Assembly: GCA_963714015.1 (NCBI GenBank)
Contig: OY970223.1
Coordinates: forward strand, 2,560,001 to 2,624,000
Direction: 5' to 3'
Length of the DNA stretch: 64,000 bases
DNA from: Vulcanimicrobiota bacterium
Lineage (GTDB): Bacteria > Vulcanimicrobiota > Vulcanimicrobiia > Vulcanimicrobiales > Vulcanimicrobiaceae
Positions 41,201 to 49,666 of the stretch are shown in pieces. The notes under the pieces were generated by a model that saw only the letters and a list, made by a program, of their open reading frames with translations, was not told the DNA's origin and did no database searches. The translations under genes and the position numbers were made by a program. Position 1 is the stretch's first letter; each line of letters opens with the position of its first letter.

Positions 41201-42907
41201 ATGAAGCGGCGGCAGTTTCTGGTCACCACGTTGACCGAAGCGTTGATGGCCGCCGTCCCTCTCGGCGCATTCGCCGCCGCTTCCGATAGACCCAGGCATC
41301 TTGGAACGCTGTCGCCGTTCTGGCGCAATAGCGCGGTGCTTGGTCCGTATCTGGAGATCGGCGGCGGCGGACTCATGCAAATTCCGCAGTACATGCTCGC
41401 CGGCGATTTTCCGTACCGCAAGCGGCCGTCCGCGCTCGAGGTTCCGTTCGCGGATCAACTCAGCGTCGTGCGTTTGCTCGGCGGTTATAGCGGCGATCCC
41501 TCCGGCTCGAAGGATCTTGCTTATCGCGATTCGAGCGGCACGGTACGTTATCGAATGGAGCTCCTGCAGCCGCGATTGCAACCGTATCTCGAAAACGGCT
41601 ATGACCGCCTGACGTTGGTGATGGACAACACGCCGTGGTGCTTTCCCGAACACCCGGTAGCGCCGCCCGGCGGAGAAGGGCAGGCGTCGCCGCCTCGAAA
41701 CGACGGCGAATGGTATAAGTTCATTCGAGCCGTTTGCGTCCAGCTCGTCCGCATCGCGGGCCCGCAAGTCGCCGCAAACATGCGCTTCCGTGTCGGAACG
41801 GAGGACGACTCCGCGGATCGCTTTACCGGAAGCCAGTCGCAATTCGTTTGGTTCTACGAAACCACCGCCGCCGCGGTGGCAGCGGTTTTGCCGCAAGCCG
41901 AAGTGGGTCCGTTCAACATCTCGGATCCGACCGTGCCGGGCGTGGAAAAATACGATCACGTCCGCGCTCTTCCGCTGGCCGAACAATGCGTGCTCTACCC
42001 GAACGTTTTCAGCAAGGGACCGCGCACGAGGTTCGACTGGATAGCCTTCTCCAAGTATTTCCGTCCGGGACAGCAGACCCAGGCTGAAGTCGATCCGTGC
42101 AGGGCCGTTTGGAATTTGTTCGGCCGGGAGCTGCCGCCGCTCACGAACGTTTCCAGAGAGATCCACGAGTTTGGCATCGCGCCTTTTCCGCCGCCGGGCG
42201 GTGGTGGATTCGTAAGCGCGGAGCCGGGTGCGTTGGGGGCCGCGCTCACGTGTCAAATCATGCTGGGCCTGCGTGAAGGCGGCATCGACCGGTTGTGGCA
42301 CTGGCCCGGCGACATGTTCGACCAGTTTCGCGACGCCGAACAACGGCTGCGTCTGCTTGCAACGGGAGAGTCATGGCTTCTCAGCGTTCTCGATCGGATG
42401 GCAGGCGGCGAATATTTTGTCTTTCCATCGCCGCAAAGCCGCAACTCGATGGAGTATGCCCTCGTTGCTAGCGCAAACGAGAACGAGTCAGTGTTACTCC
42501 TATCTGCGTATGATGCCAAGATAGGTCAGTCGAAAGCCGAACTCGTGCAGTTTGAAGTGCCGAGCGCGCTCATTCCAAAACCGCCTCTGACGGTGCAGGC
42601 GGTATACCTGTCCAAGCAAACGTCGGTACACGATCGGATCCGCCGGGATCTCCAGGCGGCCGGGCTTCTGACCGAGCAGTACATCTCGCACCCCGCTCGG
42701 CTGGGAACGGTTCTGCAAATGGGCGGACCGCCCGCGGCGGCGTTCGTGGGCGAGCGGTGGGATGCGTACGTCGCGCAGTGGACGCAATCACTCACACTCA
42801 AACCGCTTCCCTCGCTTTTGGGCAATATATCCCAAAGCGCCGGCGGCCTCACGGTCAGCCTTCACGTCGCGCCGCCGTTGCTAGTCGCGCTCGTCCTTCG
42901 TCATTAG
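41201..42907 (+). CDS. Tat-exported glycoside hydrolase, GH39-like
   Basis: MKRRQFL twin-arginine signal; FRVGTE and IHEFG acidic motifs. Confidence 0.65.
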   Translation: MKRRQFLVTTLTEALMAAVPLGAFAAASDRPRHLGTLSPFWRNSAVLGPYLEIGGGGLMQIPQYMLAGDFPYRKRPSALEVPFADQLSVVRLLGGYSGDPSGSKDLAYRDSSGTVRYRMELLQPRLQPYLENGYDRLTLVMDNTPWCFPEHPVAPPGGEGQASPPRNDGEWYKFIRAVCVQLVRIAGPQVAANMRFRVGTEDDSADRFTGSQSQFVWFYETTAAAVAAVLPQAEVGPFNISDPTVPGVEKYDHVRALPLAEQCVLYPNVFSKGPRTRFDWIAFSKYFRPGQQTQAEVDPCRAVWNLFGRELPPLTNVSREIHEFGIAPFPPPGGGGFVSAEPGALGAALTCQIMLGLREGGIDRLWHWPGDMFDQFRDAEQRLRLLATGESWLLSVLDRMAGGEYFVFPSPQSRNSMEYALVASANENESVLLLSAYDAKIGQSKAELVQFEVPSALIPKPPLTVQAVYLSKQTSVHDRIRRDLQAAGLLTEQYISHPARLGTVLQMGGPPAAAFVGERWDAYVAQWTQSLTLKPLPSLLGNISQSAGGLTVSLHVAPPLLVALVLRH

Positions 42908-43052
42908 TATCTTGCGGCTCCCGTCGTCGCATCGCCGAACGGCCCAACCCGGGTTCGCTCGTCACGGGTGGGCCCGTCCCTATCGCCACGAGGGTGAGGA
43001 GTCGGCCGCTGCGGAATCTTCTTGTGCCAATTGCGCTCAGGAGGTCTGGCAT

Positions 43053-44327
43053 ATGACGACCCTCGATATTTCGGCCGCTCAAGCATCGCAGAACGTTTGG
43101 CAAATGGCGCAAGAACAACTGGACGACGTTGCGCGCGTCATTGGCCTGAACGAATCGATTCACGGATTCTTGCGCGAACCCAAGCGCATTCTGGAGGTTT
43201 CCGTTCCCGTTCGCATGGACAGCGGGGTCTTTCGCATGTTCAAAGGCTACCGAGTCCAGCACAACATCTCGCGCGGACCCTCGAAGGGCGGTATTCGCTT
43301 CCATCCGGACGTTACGCTGGACGAAGTGAAAGCGCTTGCGATGTGGATGACTTGGAAATGCGCGCTGGTCAACATTCCGTTCGGCGGTGGCAAAGGCGGC
43401 GTGATTTGCGATCCCAAGAACATGTCGATGCAAGAACTCGAGAATCTCACGCGGCGCTTTACCACGGAGATATCGATCATCATCGGCCCGGAAAAAGATA
43501 TCCCGGCACCGGACGTTTACACGACCCCACAGATCATGGCCTGGATCATGGACACGTTCTCGATGCAGCACGGGTATTCGATCCCAGGCGTCGTCACCGG
43601 TAAGCCCGTGGCGATCGGCGGCTCACTGGGTCGCGACAAAGCGACTGCGCGCGGTTGTCTGTATGCGGTCGATGAGGCATTGAAAACTCTTGGCCTCGAC
43701 GGTTCCGACGCCAGCGTTGCCATTCAGGGATTCGGCAACGCCGGTCTGCATTGCGCCGAGCTGATGTCCGCTCGCGGATACCGGATCATCGCAGCATCGG
43801 ACTCGCGCGGCGGCGTGGTAAACCCCAAGGGCCTCGACGTCAATGGACTCGTAGCGCATAAGACCGAGACCGGATCGGTCGTCGGTTTTACCGGCGGCGA
43901 ACGCATCAGCAACCGCGAGCTGCTGGAATTGGAGTGCACGGTGCTCGTTCCGGCCGCGCTCGAGAAGGTGATTACCGAAGAGAACGCCCCGCGCCTGAAA
44001 ACCAAGGTAATCGCCGAAGCGGCCAACGGCCCCACGACCCCGCAAGCCGATCGCATCCTCTTCGATCGAGGGATCATGGTGCTGCCGGACATTCTGGCCA
44101 ATGCCGGCGGCGTGACCGTATCGTACTTCGAGTGGGTCCAGGATCTGCAAGAAAACTTCTGGGAAGAGGACGAGATCAACGAACGGCTGCGGCGCAAGAT
44201 GGTACGCGCTTTCCGCGAGACGCACGAACAAGCAACTCGTTTCAACATAGACATGCGGCGCGGCGCATACGTGGTCGCCGTCAGCAGGGTCGCCGAAGCA
44301 ACGAAACTTCGCGGGCTCTATCCGTAG
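43053..44327 (+). CDS. gdhA: Glu/Leu/Phe/Val dehydrogenase, probably glutamate dehydrogenase
   Basis: KGGIRFHP, PFGGGKGG, DIPAPD, QGFGNAG, NAGGVTVSYFEW. Confidence 0.93.
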   Translation: MTTLDISAAQASQNVWQMAQEQLDDVARVIGLNESIHGFLREPKRILEVSVPVRMDSGVFRMFKGYRVQHNISRGPSKGGIRFHPDVTLDEVKALAMWMTWKCALVNIPFGGGKGGVICDPKNMSMQELENLTRRFTTEISIIIGPEKDIPAPDVYTTPQIMAWIMDTFSMQHGYSIPGVVTGKPVAIGGSLGRDKATARGCLYAVDEALKTLGLDGSDASVAIQGFGNAGLHCAELMSARGYRIIAASDSRGGVVNPKGLDVNGLVAHKTETGSVVGFTGGERISNRELLELECTVLVPAALEKVITEENAPRLKTKVIAEAANGPTTPQADRILFDRGIMVLPDILANAGGVTVSYFEWVQDLQENFWEEDEINERLRRKMVRAFRETHEQATRFNIDMRRGAYVVAVSRVAEATKLRGLYP

Positions 44328-44352
44328 CGGATCGAGCGGCAGCGGAAAAATT

Positions 44353-44383
44353 GAGACGGCCGTGCGGTATGCGCGGCCGTTTG
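44353..44383. terminator. Hairpin between convergent gdh and infA
   Basis: AGACGGCCGTGC-ggtat-GCGCGGCCGTTT. Confidence 0.65.
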
Positions 44384-44387
44384 ATTC

Positions 44388-44687
44388 TTAGGAGCGGCGC
44401 GGTTCGCCGGCGCGATACCGGTAGACGATGCGGCCTTTGGTCAGGTCGTACGGCGAGAGCTCGACATCAACGCGATCGCCCGGCAGAAGCCTGATGTGGT
44501 GCCGTCTGAGGCGTCCGGCGATGTGGGCCAAAATCGTATGGCCGTTGTCGAGTTCGACGGAAAACGTCGTGCTCGGGAAAACCTGTTTGATGCTCCCAAA
44601 TACTTCGAGCGCTTCTTCTTTTGGGTTGTCCGTGTGCGCCTTGGGTGTCCGGGGCCCCGTAGGTCTGTTTCGGGAGGGACGAGCGAT
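44388..44687 (-). CDS. infA: Translation initiation factor IF-1 (absent from the ORF track; apparent ATC start)
   Basis: Manual translation: [69 protein letters not shown]. Confidence 0.93.
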   Translation of the reverse strand: MARPSRNRPTGPRTPKAHTDNPKEEALEVFGSIKQVFPSTTFSVELDNGHTILAHIAGRLRRHHIRLLPGDRVDVELSPYDLTKGRIVYRYRAGEPRRS

Positions 44688-44813
44688 AGCAGATACCTCG
44701 TTTCTTTGTATTTTTCAGGGAAATTCTTCCGCCGAAGTGTCTCATATTGAAACACTTAAGGCAACCGCTAGGGTTGCTTGCCCAAAGCGCATTGCCTGAC
44801 CGCCGCCACCATT

Positions 44814-44871
44814 AACTATTTTTTTAGTTGACAGCGGACTCCCGGCCGGTTATACTACTAATAAATTAGTT
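44814..44871 (+). promoter_or_regulatory. Near-consensus sigma70 promoter with two operator-like palindromes
   Basis: TTGACA (44828-33), 17 nt, TATACT (44851-56); AACTA-N6-TAGTT (44814-29) and TACTA-N6-TAGTT (44856-71). Confidence 0.8.
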
Positions 44872-44911
44872 ACTCTGAAGCCCGAGGCCCGAAAGCCAAG
44901 GAGAGAAGCTC

Positions 44912-45028
44912 GTGAACACCTCCACAATCGCCGCCAACTCCATCCGTCCGGCCCGCCCCACGCTGCTGTCCCGCCCGAGCGGTAGCGCCACCGTCTTTGC
45001 CGGGTGGGGTCCGCGAATCGCTCTGTAA
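44912..45028 (+). CDS. Candidate small peptide (38 aa)
   Basis: AAGGAG at 44898-903, GTG; MNTSTIAANSIRPARPTLLSRPSGSATVFAGWGPRIAL. Confidence 0.55.
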   Translation: MNTSTIAANSIRPARPTLLSRPSGSATVFAGWGPRIAL

Positions 45029-45058
45029 CCTCATCCGCCGCGCCGGCCCGCGCGTTCT

Positions 45059-45625
45059 ATGGGTATGGTTGGCGCAATCTTTGCCCTACTGCTTGCCGCG
45101 CGCGTAGTGTTGGCCGGCGGATGTTTCTGGGGAATGCAGGCGGTCTTCGAACCGCTGCGCGGCGTCGAGAACGTCGTGGCCGGTTATTCCGGCGGCAGCG
45201 CCGCCAATGCTCACTACGATCTCGTGAGCACGGGAACGACCGGTCACGCCGAATCGGTCGAGATCACGTACGACCCCAAGCAAATCTCGTTCGATCGGCT
45301 ACTGCAAGTCTATTTCACCGTCGCGCACGATCCGACCGAATTGAACCGGCAAGGCCCGGACGAAGGAACGCAATACCGCTCGGAGATCTTTTACACGACG
45401 AACGAGCAGCGGGACAAAGCGCTCCAGTACATCGCACAGCTTACGGCCAAGCACGCTTTCGGCGCACCGATCGTCACCAAAGTATCGCCGCTGCAAGCAT
45501 TCTATCCCGCCGAAGCGTATCATCAGGATTTCGTCGCAAAGAATCCCTGGAACCCTTACGTGGTCATCAACGACAAGCCCAAGCTCGCGGCACTGCGGGC
45601 GGAGTTTTCGAATCTCCTGAAGTAA
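45059..45625 (+). CDS. msrA: Peptide-methionine (S)-S-oxide reductase
   Basis: GGCFWG, TGHAESV, HDPT, QYRS, AEAYHQ. Confidence 0.95.
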   Translation: MGMVGAIFALLLAARVVLAGGCFWGMQAVFEPLRGVENVVAGYSGGSAANAHYDLVSTGTTGHAESVEITYDPKQISFDRLLQVYFTVAHDPTELNRQGPDEGTQYRSEIFYTTNEQRDKALQYIAQLTAKHAFGAPIVTKVSPLQAFYPAEAYHQDFVAKNPWNPYVVINDKPKLAALRAEFSNLLK

Positions 45626-45634
45626 GTTGCGGCG

Positions 45635-46744
45635 ATGAAGGTCTTTGCCAGAGCCGCCATTCCAACGGCCGCCAAGACGCTCGAAGCATCATGGTATCTT
45701 TCGCCGGAAGTTTTCGCGCGCGAACGCGATCGAATCTTCAGCCGCAGCTGGATTTGCGCCGGACGAGCGGACGCGATCGGGGCGCCCGGTGACTATGCTA
45801 CGATCGACGTCGCCGGCGAGAGCCTGATCCTCACGCGAGATCTCCAAGGCGCGCTGCACGCCTTCTACAACGTTTGCCGCCACCGCGGTACGATGTTGTG
45901 CACGCGTGAGAGCGGAACGTTCAAAGGTTCGATTCAATGTCCGTATCACGCCTGGACGTACGGTCTCGACGGTGCGCTCTTAGTCGCTCGCAATATGGAA
46001 AACTCACCGGGGTTCGATCGCTTGGATTACCCGCTCCATGAAGCTCAGACGGCGGAGTTCGACGGCTTTCTTTTTGTCGCGCTGGAACCGTCGCGCAGCT
46101 TTGAAGAAACTTACGCGCCCTTATCCGGACGCTTTTTGGCATGGACCGGAAGCGCGCTGCGCTCCGGCGGACGGATCGACTACGATCTTGCTTGCAATTG
46201 GAAGCTGGTTTTTCAAAATTATTCCGAGTGCTACCATTGTCCGGTGATTCATCCGCAGCTCGAACGGCTATCTGCCTCCGACAGCGGACGCAACGACCTG
46301 ATCGAGGGCCCCTTCTTGGGCGGGTATTCCACGTTGCGCGAGGGCGGTCAAAGCCTGACCACGAGCGGCAGGACGTCTCGCGCTCCGTTTCCCTGCCTGC
46401 CGGAGAGCGAGATCTCACGCGTCTATTACTACACGATCTTTCCCTCACTGCTTCTCAGTCTGCATCCGGATTACGTGATGGCGCACTACGTGCATCCGCG
46501 CGGCCCCGACCGCACGCACGTGACGTGCGAGTGGCTCTTCGACGCGAAGGCGATGTCCGATCCGCAGTTTGACGGTTCCGACGCAATCGACTTTTGGGAT
46601 ATGACGAATCGGCAAGACTGGGCGATAAACGAGCTCACGCAGCGCGGCCTTCGGTCGCGCGCGTACACGCCGGGACCGTATTCGCAGGCCGAGGGCCTGC
46701 TGCATTCGTTCGACCGGTATTATCTGAACGTGATGAACGGTTAA
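45635..46744 (+). CDS. Rieske non-heme iron oxygenase alpha subunit
   Basis: CRHRG...CPYHAW; NWK, NYSECYHCPVIH, QD. Confidence 0.92.
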   Translation: MKVFARAAIPTAAKTLEASWYLSPEVFARERDRIFSRSWICAGRADAIGAPGDYATIDVAGESLILTRDLQGALHAFYNVCRHRGTMLCTRESGTFKGSIQCPYHAWTYGLDGALLVARNMENSPGFDRLDYPLHEAQTAEFDGFLFVALEPSRSFEETYAPLSGRFLAWTGSALRSGGRIDYDLACNWKLVFQNYSECYHCPVIHPQLERLSASDSGRNDLIEGPFLGGYSTLREGGQSLTTSGRTSRAPFPCLPESEISRVYYYTIFPSLLLSLHPDYVMAHYVHPRGPDRTHVTCEWLFDAKAMSDPQFDGSDAIDFWDMTNRQDWAINELTQRGLRSRAYTPGPYSQAEGLLHSFDRYYLNVMNG

Positions 46745-46750
46745 CCGTGT

Positions 46751-47227
46751 TTAGAGAATCGTAACGGTGCGCGGAGAGGCGCGCCCCACGATTTCACCGC
46801 ATTCGGTCTTGATCACGACGTACGCAATATCGGGCCCAACCGGACACATCCGCGATGCCCAAGTGCCGCGAGCGGCCGCGAGAACTTCTTGCTTCTGCGC
46901 GTTCGGCATCGCGTTCCAGGCTACGTCGTCCATCGTCAGCAGCAGTTCTTTGTGTTCCGAATTCATCGCGCCGACGCGGACGGAACGAACGATTCCATTG
47001 CGCTGATATTGGATCTCGAGCCCCTCGACGCTGTTCGGATTCGGACGCACGACGTTCACCGTTCCACGTTCCGCACGTAAGCGTTCGAGGGGAGGGCCCG
47101 CTGAGTGTTCCGCCGGTTTGAGTTGCCGCGCCGGCTCCGCAGACTTGGAAGTTCGAAAGGCGTACAGCAGCAATCCCAAACCCAGAACTACCGAACCCAC
47201 GGCTAAGACCGTCACTGCAATCGTCAC
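46751..47227 (-). CDS. Hypothetical membrane-anchored protein
   Basis: N-terminal TM from GTG at 47227. Confidence 0.6.
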   Translation of the reverse strand: MTIAVTVLAVGSVVLGLGLLLYAFRTSKSAEPARQLKPAEHSAGPPLERLRAERGTVNVVRPNPNSVEGLEIQYQRNGIVRSVRVGAMNSEHKELLLTMDDVAWNAMPNAQKQEVLAAARGTWASRMCPVGPDIAYVVIKTECGEIVGRASPRTVTIL

Positions 47228-47300
47228 AGCCCTAACGTACCCCAACGGGCGGCTGGGTCCTAAGTACTTGTGGCCTATTTCTGCCGGGTAATTCCGGCGA

Positions 47301-49666
47301 CTACGCGCTCGCTCCGCGCGCCGGAGCGGCCGAGCACTGCTGCGCCGCCTGACACGTCTCCGCGAGCATTGCGGCCTGGAACGCCACGATGTCCGCGACG
47401 TTCTCAAAGCGTGGATGCCGGCGGTTCTCGCTGAGCATGTAATGCTCGCTGGAAGCGAGCAGTATTCCAAGCCGCGTCATCTGCATCAGCGCCTGATCGA
47501 CGGTCCGGAGCGGATTCGTGCGCAGTTCCGGGTCGACGAAAGCTGCTCCGGCAACGCGCGAAGGCGCTCGATTACGGCCCTCATCGCTTCGTCTTTGGTA
47601 AAGGGACCGCTCCGCCTGACGAGCCAGTCCGCGAGGAGCGCACTGACGGTCACCGGGCGCGCCGCCGCCATTTCGGCGCGTACGTTGTCCCGCTGCCTCA
47701 ACTCGACGATCCGGTAAAGCTGCGAGAATCGCCGTCCCCGGAACGGATCGTAGCTGATCGCGGCAAGATAGATCTGCTGCGCTCTGCGGCTCCAGCCGCT
47801 CCCAGATTCCGCGGAACGGAAGCATGCGGCCGTCGAGTGTGTACTCACCTTCCGGAGTTACGTAGAAGGTCGCGCCGCGACGCACTGCGTTCTCGATTGC
47901 CGCCAAATCGCGGTCGACTCCGGCGCGCATTTCATCGAATGCCTCGCGCTTGTGCGGCATCTTTTGATCCGAAAGGCGCACGAAGGTTTCCTGCGCCATC
48001 TTGAAGTTCTCCGGACGGAAGAGATCGCGCGTCGTCAATCCTTCGAGCCGGTATTCACGCACGATCTCGTCTTTGAAAATCTGATCGAGCGGAAGAACGC
48101 CATGACGATTTTGGGCGCCGAAGGCCCAGCGAGCGATGCAGCGCGATTGCAGCTCGTTCTCGAGCGGAAGCAATCCCATGCCTTCCAGCAGCCATCCCAG
48201 GTTTACGTTGTACAGGAGGCGCCAAAGCCACGGAAGGCGCACCGCCATCCAGCCCGGCTCGTACATCATGCGCGCGCACGCCATGAGAACCGGCGTCTTG
48301 GAGCCGCCCGTCAAAATAAACCGTGCAGCCGGCCCCATGAGATCCAGCTCGACTTGGTGGTTCGAAACGATCAACGCCGGCCCGCGCCCCGCAGGCAGCG
48401 TTCCCCAACTTCGAATACGGTTTGCGGATGCGACGTACGCTCCGACGAAAATCCCCGACAAGATGCGCGCCGGCACGGCCCACCACGGAATGAACGGCTT
48501 TTTGCCCACTGCCAAAACGATGGCCGATCCGAACGCAAAGCACGCCGCTGCCGCAAAGAACAGCATGCGATAGCCCAGCAGCGAGTGGCCGTAAAGCGTC
48601 AGAAGCCAGCCTCCGGCAAGCGGCGCAACGACTTGAGGAAAGTTTTGCGCGATGCCCCAAATACCTAAATCGCGAGCGACGTCGCGCAACTTGGGCACGG
48701 CGTCTATCGCGAGCGCCCAACCGGTGGACATTATTCCGCCGAACCCGATGCCGAAAATGAACGCGAATCCCAGCATCCAGTGCTCTTCGGGAACCAGCGC
48801 AAATCCGGCCGCAGCAAGGGTCATGGGAATACCGCAGAGCGCGACGATGATATTTGCGCGGCACGCGATCGGAGACGATTCCCAGCACGATGCCCGAGAT
48901 GATCGCGCCTACGAGCGAGGCGAGCGCCACGAACCCCGTTCCGGCAGGCGCGTTGCGCACGTGAAGTATGTCGTTGAAGAAATACAGGACGAACGTCATG
49001 AGCAGCGCCAGGCCAAACGCCAAAAACGCGCGAGCTGACAAAAACGACGGTGAAGTCGTGCCAGTCGCTGATGTGCGCGCGGTCCTCGCGGCGATCGGCG
49101 GGACGTTCCGTTATGCCGAACACGGTGAAGGCGCCGAGCAGCATTGCGATCGCAATGCCGATGAGGGTGCTCTGCGGCGTCGTCCCCGCCGCAACGCCTA
49201 TGCCGACCACCGTGCCCAGTAAGAACGTGACGCTGCGAACGCCCGAAACCTTTCCCCATTCCGATTGGGGCACGATGTCCGGAATCAGCGCCTGATACGC
49301 GGAGAGCGTGATGTTCGCGCCCATCGTCGCGAGCAGCAAGAACGTGATAAACCCGCCCAGAGTGTGGGCTTGCGCGGCAACGATCAGGCAAGCCGCATCG
49401 ATGGCGACGCCGGCAAGGATCGGAATGCGGCGAGCAACGCCGCGCCGGCGCATCGAATCCGAGATTGCACCGGAGACCGGCGGAACGATCATCGAGACGA
49501 AGGCGACCATCGCCGCGATGGCGGCCAAAACGCGAACGTGATCGGCCGGCGCCAATCGCAGCAACGCTGCAGGAACGGCAATCGTGATGAGCGCCGTATC
49601 TTGGAACTGCAGCGGCACCCAAAGCGCGTTTAGGATGAATGATTTTTTGAAACTAAAAACGCGCAT
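47301..49666 (-). CDS. MFS transporter fused to a PlsC-like acyltransferase domain; about 4 frameshifts
   Basis: MFS motifs GAISDS.RRRG, YQALIPD, GIVSDR..RK; then NHQVELD (HX4D) and TPEGE in frame with the last MFS helices. Confidence 0.78.

Noticed and set aside
40847..42343. Long antisense or alternate-frame ORFs (498 aa here; also 37640-38650, 54632-55708, 26899-27867)
   Set aside because: Shadows of well-supported genes in GC-rich DNA, with no motifs.
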